Shown here: piece by piece, positions 46,756 through 57,989 of the stretch | Layout of the letters: the number at the start of each line of letters is the position of its first letter | Position numbering within the stretch: the first letter of the stretch is position 1 | Notes under the pieces: generated by a model | What the model was told of the DNA's origin: nothing | The model's database searches: none | The model's input: the letters and a program-made list of their open reading frames with translations, nothing else | Made by a program: the position numbers and the translations under genes | From: Ranitomeya imitator | Taxonomy: Eukaryota | NCBI RefSeq assembly: GCF_032444005.1 | Contig: NC_091282.1 | Span: 517,142,001-517,206,000, forward strand | Reading direction: 5' to 3' | Length of the DNA stretch: 64,000 nt

Positions 46756-47364
46756 TTAATGCCCAGTTATAGCTCTCGTCCAGCCGTGTCTCCGTTATCC
46801 CCACCATGTCATCATTTTCTTCCAAAAATTCAATTCCCCTCTGACAGCCATAAGCGACCCTTGCAATACGGCGTTAGGGTGCCAATCTGCTACTATGGCA
46901 GACGAGGGCATCTGAAGGCCCCATTTCTGCCATGTGAGGGCTTTTATGATGCTTAGTCTGTGGCTGGGCTCCATAGGAAATCATCTATTTCACAATGCGA
47001 TGAAATACTATTGCAGTGTTTTGCATAGGCGGTCTAGAGATCACAGGTTCAAGTCCCATGAAGTAGTACCTGTGATGTAACTGCAGGTACTACTGCCTTG
47101 AAAATGCTTCATACGAGTAGCATTGTGATGTTTTGCAGTCACGTGTCTAGTCACCTTTATCACACGCCATGGATTAATAAGAGACAATGCCAGAAAATGG
47201 CACCGTCCCTGTATATTGCTAGGATTTGCCATAGGCACAGCCAACATGGATTTTTTTTTAAAGAATCCACACCAGACATTCTGTAGGATGTAAAATCGTG
47301 TCCTGGTTGCAAAAAAAGGACTTTAAAAGTATATGGACACCTTGATGGACATTTATTTCTACCT

Positions 47365-48716
47365 TAACCAGCCATCAAGTGCCTCTAACAGCTGCGGGTG
47401 GATTCGAGATCCACCCGCAGCTATTAAAACAGTTAAATTCCACTGTCAGTCACTGACAGCAGCATTTAACATGCACAGACAGGAAGTGTGTCATTAATCC
47501 CGCCCAACGGCATCCCCGTCACAATCATGGGGCGCCAATGGATTGTCTGCAGACGACCGCTGTGCCTCATCACAATCCTTCTCATAAGAGATACTGATTT
47601 CTCCTATATGCTGAAGCAATCTTATGTCTACGTCCAGCACAGGCGATTGGACGATCGCAGCTTCAAGTCTCCTAAAGGAACTATTGAAATCTTTAAAAAG
47701 TAAAAAAAAAAAAAAAATTAAAAAAAAATTACAGAACAGGTTCAAATGACCCCCCTTTTGCTCCATTGAAAATAAAATAATTTAAAAAAATACACATTTG
47801 GTATCGTCGCGATCAGAAATGAATGATCTTTCCAATCGGTAATCAGTGTAATGAGAAACAGAATCAAAACGCCAGAATTACAGTTTTTTTTGGACCTCCG
47901 CAACATTGCAATAAAATGCACAAAGAGGTGATCAAAACATCATATCTACCCCAAAACGGTATCACAAAGACATCAGTTCGGAACCCGGAAGCGCCTTGTC
48001 AAGAAACAATATTATCATCCGTAGAATGTATACCCCGTAATATTTGATCGTATACACTTGGGCATTTATAATGGGTCTAATCATTTAATTTTATTAGCAG
48101 CCCAACATCAAATTGTCAAAGTGTTTTTATTTCTATATGTTTTATATTGTTTGTTATTGTAACAGATTTTAATGAGGTAAGCTAATTAGTGCACTGGTAT
48201 GTTCACCGGATAGACAACATAAAAGAGGTGACTTCCCAAGACTAGGCAGCATGATTAAGGTTGTGCAGACACATGAAACGCGTTGATGCGGGTCATGTGA
48301 ATTTGTATCGCTGACTGTGTATGTCCTTCGAATTCCTTATGTGAATAATCACGACTCGTGGAGCTGGAGTCTCTTCATTTAACAAAAAATAATCCCTCAC
48401 CCAGCCACAGATCCTGAAAAATGACAATGTTACGGGTCTCAGAAAATGACAAAGGCAACAATTTTTTATTTTTTTTTTACAAAATTCTGAATGTTTTTTC
48501 ACAACTTAAGTTAAAAGTAAAAAGTATACATGTTTGTTATCTGCATACTCGTACTGACCTGGGGAATCATATTGTCAGGTTTGTTTTACTGTATAGTGAA
48601 CATGGTAAATTAAAAAAAAACAATTGGGAAATTGCATTTTTTCTTGCAGTTTCATCATACTTGGAACTTTTTTTTTCCTGTTTTCCAGTACGTTATGTGT
48701 GAGAATATAAAATACT
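47365..48716. mobile_element. Fragmented piggyBac-like non-autonomous element with nested insertions (continues at ~51175-51310)
   Basis: Collinear similarity to 23988-25257, interrupted at ~47980-48380 and by the solo LTR. Confidence 0.65.
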
Positions 48717-49911
48717 TGCAGCGCCCCAGAGTCCTGGTCGTTGCAGTAATGTCGCTCTGCCACTAAGGGGAGTGATGTTATGTCTGATTGCACTAAAGGA
48801 GTTCACCTGACCAAGTATCACAGTCACACATTACACTTCACACTCCGGCCACCAGGGGGAGCAAAAGGCACTATGTATTAGGCCACTTCTCACACTGGTA
48901 AAACTGGGGGTTGGATAGGAAGTTAGAACAGAACGCAGCCTGGGAGAGCTCCAGGGAGGACCTGTCAGGGGTGGGTTCCTTGCAGGTACCTAGCAGAAAG
49001 ACAGAACGTACGGAGCTGCGCCTGCACTACCTTGCAGATCCTAAGAAAGGACATGAAGAAAAGGATATTGTGGAGAATTGAGAAACGAGATCACAGCTCA
49101 AAGGAGAGCCAGTAGGAGTCGTGCCCCGAGAACGGCAACATCCTACTGAGGCGCGTAGCCGGTGGCCGGAACTCCGAGGAAGTAACTGACTCCAAGCATT
49201 ACTTCAAACAGCGGCAGGACAGTTGATTATAGGTTGGCTGTCTACCATACATCACCTAAGCAGACATAGGGGGCAAGCGTGGAGAGGGGCGTCTCTAGGG
49301 TCCCAGAATAGCTCCGAGCCTACCCGTCATTCGGGTGCGTCCTATCCAGATAAACTTGGGGGACGGAGAGAGAGAGAGAGAGAGAAAGAACGAATACGAA
49401 GGTTGTGAGGACTATCCCGAATGCTCAGCAGGGAAGAACTACAACACACAGGCGCTAGTTGGTAGGCCCTGATCTCCACCTGCAAAGGGAACTCTGGATG
49501 TGCCTTTGGACCGGCCGGACTCAGCCAGCCCGGGTAGCAATGCTCTAGATTGTGGATCCCGAAGTCATCAGTAAAAGGTAAAGAGACTGCAACCCTGTGT
49601 CCTCGTTATTACCTGCGCCTCACATCATCACCACCTACACTACTGGGAAGCCCTGGGGATATACTTCACCTGTGGGAAGGTATATCATCTAGCTGCCATA
49701 ACACCACCCTAGTGGGCCCCAAGCAGCGTCGGTCACCCTGACTGAATACCACAGGTGGCGTCACGAACCCTTGGCCGACTTTTATCACCCCTTTCATTGG
49801 ACGCCCCTTAGCAGGGTCTCGGACCGGGTCGAGCCACCGTGACCACCCTAGAGCCGAGACAGAGAGGACCGGTACCGAGTACCCCGCGGCCCTGCGTCTG
49901 GGGGCGCTCCA
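48717..49911 (+). mobile_element. Solo LTR (1195 bp), related to the LTR at 10422-11556
   Basis: TG...CA ends (TGCAGCGCCCC / GGGGCGCTCCA) and 4-bp TSD TACT. Shares U5 blocks GCCCTGGGGA, CACCACAGGTGGC and ACCGGGTC..GCCACCGTGAC. Confidence 0.9.
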
Positions 49912-50682
49912 TACTCATTAGCCCACTCCTGGTAAGGGAACCTAGTCTCCCATTCCTGCTCACAGATCTGGTTTTTCAGATGCCTTTCGCACCGATTCAG
50001 TAGGTAACTCGATGTTCTTCACCGTGAATCCTCAAGGTGTTGTTCCCATGCGGAACCGTTTTCCATCTTGTGTCACCTGTACAGTCACGTTCTCCACTGT
50101 TGGTAACGGTCCACTGCCAATATATCTAGCAGCACTCTGCTGTCCTACATCACCGCTAGGTTGGTTCTCCACACCTAACACTATTCAGCAAGTTTAAATA
50201 ATGAATTTGGATTTTTATTTCTCAACCTTTATTCCATACTTTAATTCACTGCAGTTTCATTCCATTTCATATAATGTTTTCTACATTCCCCCATCACTAT
50301 TATAACTTTTTCCCTTTTCTTTCTATTCCTAAAAGTATTTTATTCGCCGGCATTTGGATTTACGGTAATTCTGTACATTTGTGTAATCCACAAGAAGCTT
50401 TGTTCCTGGAGTTGCCCTTTCCTTTATCCGTCATCTTTAACTAGCCCCAGTCTGTATTCTAACTTTAGCCAGGTCTAGAGTATGTTCCTGGTGACCTGAT
50501 GCGGTTTACACATTCTTCCAATGATTGAAAAATATACAGTCTGAGTGGCTGTTGCTCTCATGCCACAGGCTTAATAATTTCAGGTCATTTGAAGTTCCTA
50601 TCTCAGATGGGATAATATTTAGAATTGAGAGTCCTCAGTGGTTGATACCTTATAATGGCTAACTGAAAAGATGGTAACAAAT

Positions 50683-50722
50683 TGCAAGCTTTCCAGACTA
50701 CTCAGGTCTCTTCATCAGGCAT
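50683..50722 (-). ncRNA. Minimal hammerhead ribozyme-like motif (Penelope-type)
   Basis: - strand TGC-CTGATGA-A-GAGAC ctgagta GTCTG-GAAA-GCT-T-GCA. The core is intact but the stem II closing pair is G.G. Confidence 0.55.
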
Positions 50723-51640
50723 AGACTAAAAAAAATTCTGTATTATTCTATCTACTGGCTAACACGGTACAAAGATATATATATATTTTCTGTATCTCGG
50801 ATGGGATATTTCTCACAGACAAATACACATGTTTTGATAAAGGAGTTTTTTTTCAATCATTTTTATACACTTTTATATAAAAACTTGTTTGTTTTTACAA
50901 TTTTATTTCTCTGTTTATTTGTATTGTATTTAATCATTGTGATGTTTTTGCTTCATGAACTTTGACTTGTCATGTGCCCGGTTTGGCTTTTTAAAAAAAA
51001 AAGAGACCGCGTATAAGAACGTACAGATCTGATAATCCACTTGGAAGGTTATGACCTCGAAACGCGTTGACTTTAACCTGTTTTGAAATAAAGCTTTGGA
51101 GAATATTGTCTGCCATTCATCCTTATAAGCAGCACAGATTGGGACACATACACCCGTTTTCAGTAGAATGAATGGTGTCATTCAAAGGTACAACTCATCC
51201 CTCAAAAAAACAAGCCCTCGTTCGGCTATATGGCTGGAAAAAAAAAAAAAGTTATGACTCTTGGAAGAAGAGGAGGAAAAACAAAAAACGGAAAATCATC
51301 CGAGGATGAAGAAGATAACTTGTTCAGCATCCAGCAATCCGCAGGGAAAAAATAGAGCCTGAAAAGCAGGACAATTTTTTAAGAAAAAAAAATATGTATA
51401 ACCTTTCGAGGGGTGTTCCATAATGTTTTCAGAACTTGCTGGAGAGAGGAGATGGTTATAAAATAAACAAATGTTACCACTGCAGACTTACCACTCCTGT
51501 GGATTTGGTGAGTAACGTCTCAGTCATCAATGATGACTGCAGCCGGTCACTAGCCTCAGTTGTCAGGTTTATTTATTAACTGTCCTTTCTCTGCTTAGGA
51601 AAAGCAATGAACTAGTCATTTTACTGGATCGCAACTCCAA

Positions 51641-51659
51641 TCTACTATATAAAGCTGAA

Positions 51660-51692
<33 letters not shown>

Positions 51693-53549
51693 CCGGGATT
51701 GGCATCTGCACCGTCGCAGCTACAGCCACAAAATTTTGCACAGTCACACGTCTAGACCCCGAGAGCGTCATAGGCTACGTTGTGAGGCGAAATTTTAACC
51801 CCGCGCGTTCCAATTCACCAAACAATTTTGCCCCTGTCTACATAATGGGGAAAAAAGTAAAAGGAAAAGTGTTGGAGGCGTCACAGCTACAGAAACAAAA
51901 TTTTGCACAGTCACACGTCTGGACCCTGAGAGCGTCATAGGCTACGTTGTGAGGTGAACTTTTAACCCCGCGCTTTCCAATTCACCAAACTATTTTTCCC
52001 CTATCTACATAATGGGGAAAAGTGAAAGGAAAAGTGTTGGAGGCAAATTGACAGCTGCCAGATGTGAACAAGGGGGACTTAAAGAATGAGAGCGATGGCG
52101 CCAAAGAGTATATACCGATCAGTTGCTAAGGTGGGGCCCCGACATGAGATACTCACCACACATGGGGATATGAACACACACACAAAATGTGCCACACACT
52201 ACCACGTGCTTGAACACATATTCCACCCTCAGCACACATTTCACCACACATACACCAACCTCGCCACATAAAAGTCGAAACACAAAAGTCGCCGCTCAAA
52301 ACTCACCACGCGCAAAACTCGCCACATGCAAAAACTAGGCTCACGCAAAACTCGCCACAAGTGCAAAACTCACTTCATGGAAAACTCGCCACACGCAAAA
52401 CTTGCACACGCGGAAAAATTGCCACATGCACAAAAGTTGCAACACATGCAAAAGTTGCCTCACACAAAACTTGCACATGCTCAAAAGGCACCAGACATAA
52501 AACTCACCACGCGCAAAACTCGCCATGCGCAAAACTTGCTGCACACAACTTGCTACACTAGCCTGTCACATGCAACTCGACACACAAAAAGTTGCTACAC
52601 GCATGTTGCCACACAAAACTCATCTCACAAAAGTCGCTACATGCATGTCGCCACACACAACTCAACACACACAACTTGACAGACGAAACTCGCCCTAAAA
52701 CACACACAAGTCTGGTATTAGCCTTCAAAAATAAAAATCTGATTAATAACAGAGCAACAAATGTACCATATAGGAAATACAGCAGCTGTCAGTCACATGA
52801 CCTGTCTATTATGTGTATGTGTGAGCTAATATATACTGCCAGGGGGAGGGCTTCCTGTTGGCTGGGGATTTATCAGGCTGCCAATTTATCTTACAAATAC
52901 TGAGGTAAAAATACTAAGCAAATAATGTGTTAACGAGGTCTAATACAGGAGATCACACAGGTATATACTATATACAGGGGAGATGACACACAGATATATA
53001 CTATATACAGGAGAGATGACACACAGGTATATACTATATACAGGAGGAGATGACATACAGGTATATACTATATATAGAAGGAGATGACATTCAGGTATAT
53101 ACTATATATAGGGGAAATGACACACAGCAGGTATATACTATATACAGGGGAGATGACATACAGGTATATACTATATACAGGAGATGACATACAGATGTAT
53201 ACTATATATAAGGGAGATGACAAACACATATATACTAAGGTGATGAGGTGAAAATGAGAGGTGTGAGGTGAAAATGAAAAGGTGTGAGTGCAAAATGAGA
53301 GAAGTGAGGAAAAATAGTGGAGTGATCAGAAAATGACAGATGTGAGGTTGAAATGACAAGTGTTAGGGGGGAATGAGAGGAGTGAGGGAGAAAATGAGAG
53401 GTGTGAGGGAGAAAATGAGAGATGTGAGGGGGAAAATGAAAGATGCGATTGGGAAAATGAGAGGCGTGATGGGAAAATAAGAGAAGTGAGGTGCTATAAC
53501 TAACCACAGATATTTACTATGCCCAGGCAACGCCGGGCTCTTCAGCTAG
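51641..53549 (+). mobile_element. Non-autonomous Helitron, family A (1909 bp)
   Basis: A|TCTACTATATAAAG start, hairpin GCCCAGGC-AAC-GCCGGGC and CTAG end. Contains a ~170-bp internal duplication and CA-, TATA- and GA-rich tracts. Confidence 0.82.
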
Positions 53550-54798
53550 TCTATATATATAATTGTCTAAGGGGTACTTCCGTCTTTCTGTCTGTAACTT
53601 CCGTAAAAGAAATCCCGCGTCGCTGATTGGTCTCGCCAGCTGCCTGTCATGGCTGCCGCGACCAATCAGCGATGGGCACAGTCCGATTAGTCCCTCCCTA
53701 CTCCCCTGCAGTCAGTGCCCGGCGCCCGCATACTCCCCTCCACTCACTGCTCACACAGGGTTAATGCCAGCGGTAACAGGCCATGGGTACTGCACTCCGT
53801 TACCGCTGCTATTACCCTGTGTGTCCCCAACTTTTTACTATTGATGCTGCTTATGCAGCATCAATAGTAAAAAGATGTAATGTTAAAAATAATAAAAAAA
53901 CAAAAAACCTGCTATACTCACCTTCCGTAGTCTGACGATGCGCTCGCGGCTGCCTCCATCTTCCGTTCCCAGAGATGCTTTGCGAAATTACCCAGAAGAC
54001 TTAGCAGTCTCGCTGGATCCCGGTGGGTGAGTATATAACTAATTTTTATTTTAATTATCTTTTTTTAACACGGATATGTGCCTACACTGCTAAATACTAC
54101 GTGGGCTGTGTTACATAGCGCATGGGCTGTGTTATACACAGCGTGGCTGCTAGATACTACATGGCCAGTGTTATATACTACGTGGACAGTGTTATATACC
54201 GTGTGGGCTGAGTTATATACCGCGTGGGCTGCGTTATATACCGCGTGGCTGCTATATACTACGTAGCCAGTGTTATATACTACATGGACAGTGTTATATA
54301 CCGCGTGGGCAGTGTGATATACCGCGTGGGCTGCGTTATATACCGTGTGGCTGCTATATACTACGTGGCCAGTGTTAGATACTATGTGGACTCTGTTGTG
54401 TACTACGTGGCCTGTGCTATACATTACGTGGTCACTGTTATATACTGCATGGCCTGTGTTATATACTACGTCGCCTGTGTTATATACTGCGTGTCTGCTA
54501 TATACTGCGTGGGCTGTGTTATATACTATTTGGGCTGTGTTATATACTGCGTGGCCACTGTTATATATTGCGTGGCCTGTATTAACGCATTGGGTATTCT
54601 AGAATATGTATGTATGTATGTATGTATATAGCAGCCACATAGTATATAGCACAGGCCACGTAGTATTTGTCTGCTATATACTACATGGCTCCTATATACT
54701 ACATGGCCTGTGCTATATACTACGCGGCAGCTATATACATACATACATACATACATATTCTAGAATACCCGATGCATTAGAATCGGGCCACCATCTAG
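53550..54798 (+). mobile_element. Non-autonomous Helitron, family B (1249 bp), fused head-to-tail to family A
   Basis: TCTATATATATAATTGTCTAAGGG start and CCCGATGCATTAGAATCGGGCCACCATCTAG|T end, the same termini as 6248-6503. Confidence 0.82.
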
Positions 54799-56009
54799 TT
54801 ATACTATATTTCGACAAAGATTTCTGTTTTGCTTTCTCCACACAAATGAGAGTTTGTGAGACACCTTTACAAGCTGGTTTCTTCATTGCCGCTAATATCT
54901 GTTCCTGGATATGTGTATGGATTGGGAATGTTCAATTTCCTGGGGATTCCACTTAGAAGGTCAAGTCTGAAGGTGGCTTCGTCAGATGAGTTTTTAAGTG
55001 TAGCAATACAATGAAGCTGGAATCACACTAACGTATAGCATCGGATGCTAGATGCTAATGACACTAGGTTCCTGCCCTGCTGCGAGCGCAAGCCGAGTGT
55101 CAGTGCTCTGATCCTCTCACATCAGAGAATCTGAGCACAGGTGTGGAGTAGACGGAGAAATTAATTTCTCCATCTCCTCCATTGCCAGTGTCCACGGGAA
55201 TCGCACTCAGAGATAGCCTAGAGCTGCTACTGCACAGGCGGTGCCATTTTGGAAGAGGAATTTTTCTTCTTTTCCAGTAAGATGGCGCTATCGGCACATG
55301 TGCAGTAGCAGCTATCGGATCACAGCTATAAACACGGATAGCAGCTACTGCGCAGGCGCGGTGGGCAACATTTTCAAAACTGACAGCTGGGGCCTTCAGA
55401 AAGGCTGTTTATCAAGAAGAAATTATTTTTAAAAAAATGGCGTGGGCAAAGCACAAATATGTTCCTCATCATAGAGACGGAGAGAGACAGACTATTTGTG
55501 CTTCGTGGCACCTCTTGGCAGGTCTTTCCTTGGTTTCTCTGGCCAAGAGCACCAAGATAAGACTCTGCCTACAGTCCCTCCCCGAAGCATGGGCATCTTA
55601 TTAACTGAAAACTTGTAACACTAGTTACACAAGAACCACAAGATGGATTTCTTCACCCCAAGTGTCATTTTTATGACAATAACAACGCCAACCTGACAAA
55701 GTCCGTAGTTTACTTAGCAAAATCCTGCTGAAAGGTTCGCTTTAATTATGTATCCGCAGTGATGACTGCTGTGACTTGATAAGGCTCATTTAAATAGATG
55801 CCTAGAATTTTCAGGTTCACTTGCTCCAGAAGAAGTGACAGAGAAATGTAGTTAAGGCATCCGTACAATGGCCACATGTGGTTTGCATGCACTTTGTGTC
55901 TCTTAACACTTTGATTGCATCTTACAATTGCTGGCAGGTTTTATTCGGACTGGAGAGACCTCTGATTTATGCACTTTAACAGTATTCAAATGTCCTATAT
56001 TTCAGTTTA

Positions 56010-56470
56010 AGGGATAATGTCTCTCCTTGTGGAGAGTGACATGCCTAACATGCCAGTGTAAGGAGACTTATAGGCCATGCAGTGCTCCTCTGGGAAAATA
56101 AATATGCAAATTGCATCTTCAGAGAGAAAGAGGGCTTGAACTCTAGTGCCACCCAGAAGAGCATTGCGTAGCCTATAATTCTCCTTACACCATCATGACA
56201 GGCATGTCATGCTCCATAAGGAGAGGTGTCACCTATTAGAATCCAAGTCAGAGACCTTGTATATAACCAAATCAGATTGTTATGCTTTGCCCTGAAGAAA
56301 AGTAACACTTCAAACCTGGTGTCTGCAAATTGAAATTCTGGTTTGTTTTTTATTCTAAGTCGTAAGGCAAGTCTCAATAGAAGAGTTGACTTTGACTTTT
56401 AGGATTGCTACTACCAATAGGTGGCAGTACAGTTCAAGTCCTTTTCCTCTTTGAAGAGGTAATTTGCACA
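56010..56470. ncRNA. Retrozyme-like repeat: partial monomer plus an inverted full monomer with degenerate type I hammerhead (56286-56329, +)
   Basis: TTTGCC-CTGAAGA-A-AAGT aac ACTT-CAAAC-CTGGTGTC-TGCAAA. Homologous to 28262-28600. Confidence 0.55.
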
Positions 56471-57332
56471 CTGCATTTCAATTATGTGTTTGTGAGTTGT
56501 GATCCATTGGAGTCATGTTCTGTGCCTCAGATTTTTTATGTGTTTTTATATTTTCTGTAATATAGTGTATTACTTTCTGATTTATATTTTGTGTGAGTTC
56601 TTTTGTATAGGTAGGTGGTATAACTCTCTGCCCTCATGAATGAAACCTTAGCTGCAATTCTGATTTAGTATTTCGATAAGAGTCTTTCATACTAAACCAA
56701 CAACTAGTTTTCTTCTTCCTTTATACATTTTAACTATTTGATTTACTATTTTCTATATGAAACATTAAAAGAAAAGGTATAAATGGCAAACTTCTCATTA
56801 CAATTGTTAGTATTTCCTATTTCTCCACGTGTGCATGTTTTATCACTATACTTTCTTGCATATTTGCTAGGAATGTTTTACATTGTTTATCTTTAGACAG
56901 TGTTTAGCTTTATTGTACTGTGCCTCCAAAGCAGCGCTCTGTTGTGGCTCCACATCTTTTGTGAGCTCTATTGTCTTCTCTCCGCTGCTATTCAATGAAA
57001 CCAGTCAGCTTAGAGGGGGCTTACTTTCTCAGGAGAAGCTGAAAGTGGTAGCCACTTGGCTAGGGGCAAGGCAGATAACAGAGCCCACAGAAGTCCTTCC
57101 TAGAACATCACTGTATCTAATTTGCTGGGCTTATCTGCACATGGGAGCTGAATGAATGATGGAAAGAACAGTCCTTTTTCCAAACTTCTTTGGCACATTA
57201 GTGATCCCGGGGAGTGGCTTCTAAGCCTCAGCTGTCCAGGGTTTTACTGTCAGAGCCCATTACCACTCAGTTTGTTTGGGACAACAGGAGCAGCCTGTCA
57301 CTGAGCACAGTGTCAGTAGTAAAGTACCAGAC

Positions 57333-57771
57333 ATGCAGCACCTCTTGTTTTTGCTACCAATATCCTTATGGCTGCACCATATACATGAAGTAGATGCATC
57401 CGGTTGTGGCCCTTGTGCCAGTGATGCCTGCAGATCTGTCACCTGTGCAGCTCCTGAGCTGCTCACTAAAGATGAGTGTGACTGCTGTGACCGGTGTCTC
57501 AGCGTAGAAGGAGAGGAATGCGGTGGACGAGACGAGTCAAGGTCCCGCTGTGCTCCCGGCATGGTTTGTGTAAGCCGATCCAGTTTCGGAAGTCAATCTT
57601 CCTCTTTGTCGGATGGAACGGGGTTCTGCTTGTGTGAAGAGGATGGCGCTGTATGTGGCTCCGATGGAAGGACCCATTCAAGTGTGTGCGCTCTACGTCT
57701 GCACAGCTGGAAGACACAAAGCCAAGGTGAAAGTTCTGTCCATAAGGTCCATGATGGAGAGTGTACATTTG
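57333..57771 (+). CDS. IGFBPL1: IGFBPL1 exon 1 (signal peptide, IGFBP N-terminal domain, Kazal domain), rest of gene beyond the window
   Basis: MQHLLFLLPISLWL...CGPC...DECDCCDRC...GTGFCLC...VCGSDGRTHSSVCALRL...VHKVHDGECTF G|GTAAGA (phase 1). Motifs match recalled human IGFBPL1 (VCGSDGRSYPSVCALRL, LHKARDGPCEF), and EXOSC3/TRMT10B are linked in human. Confidence 0.88.
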
Positions 57772-57806
57772 GTAAGATTTTTCTGTATTTATTACTCTAA
57801 TTGTTA

Positions 57807-57989
57807 GGCCATGTTCACATATTCAGTATTTGGTCACTATTTTACCTCAGTTTTTGAAAGCCAAAACCAGGAATAGAGCAATCAGAGGAAAAGTCTAATA
57901 GAAACACGTCACCACCTCTGTATTTATCAACCAATCCTGGTTTTGGCTTACACACACTGAGGTAAAATACTGCATGTGTGAATGTGGCC
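57807..57989. mobile_element. Harbinger-like MITE
   Basis: TTA TSD with GGCCATGTTCACA / TGTGAATGTGGCC termini. Confidence 0.8.

Noticed and set aside
49912-50600. Possible LINE coding remnant
   Set aside because: Manual translation of several frames gave frequent stops and no recognisable motif, so it is left unclassified.
56778-56783. TATAAA as the IGFBPL1 TATA box
   Set aside because: It lies in AT-rich sequence 550 bp upstream of the ATG with no TSS evidence, so chance occurrence is likely.
57276-57332. N-terminal extension MGQQEQ... in the ORF track for IGFBPL1
   Set aside because: It starts at TTG. The first ATG (57333) directly precedes a hydrophobic signal peptide.
57333-57771. Alternative identity as IGFBP7 or KAZALD1
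   Set aside because: Same domain layout, but the VCGSDGR...SVCALRL and HK..DG.C.F motifs and linkage to EXOSC3/TRMT10B favour IGFBPL1. Reciprocal BLAST would settle it.
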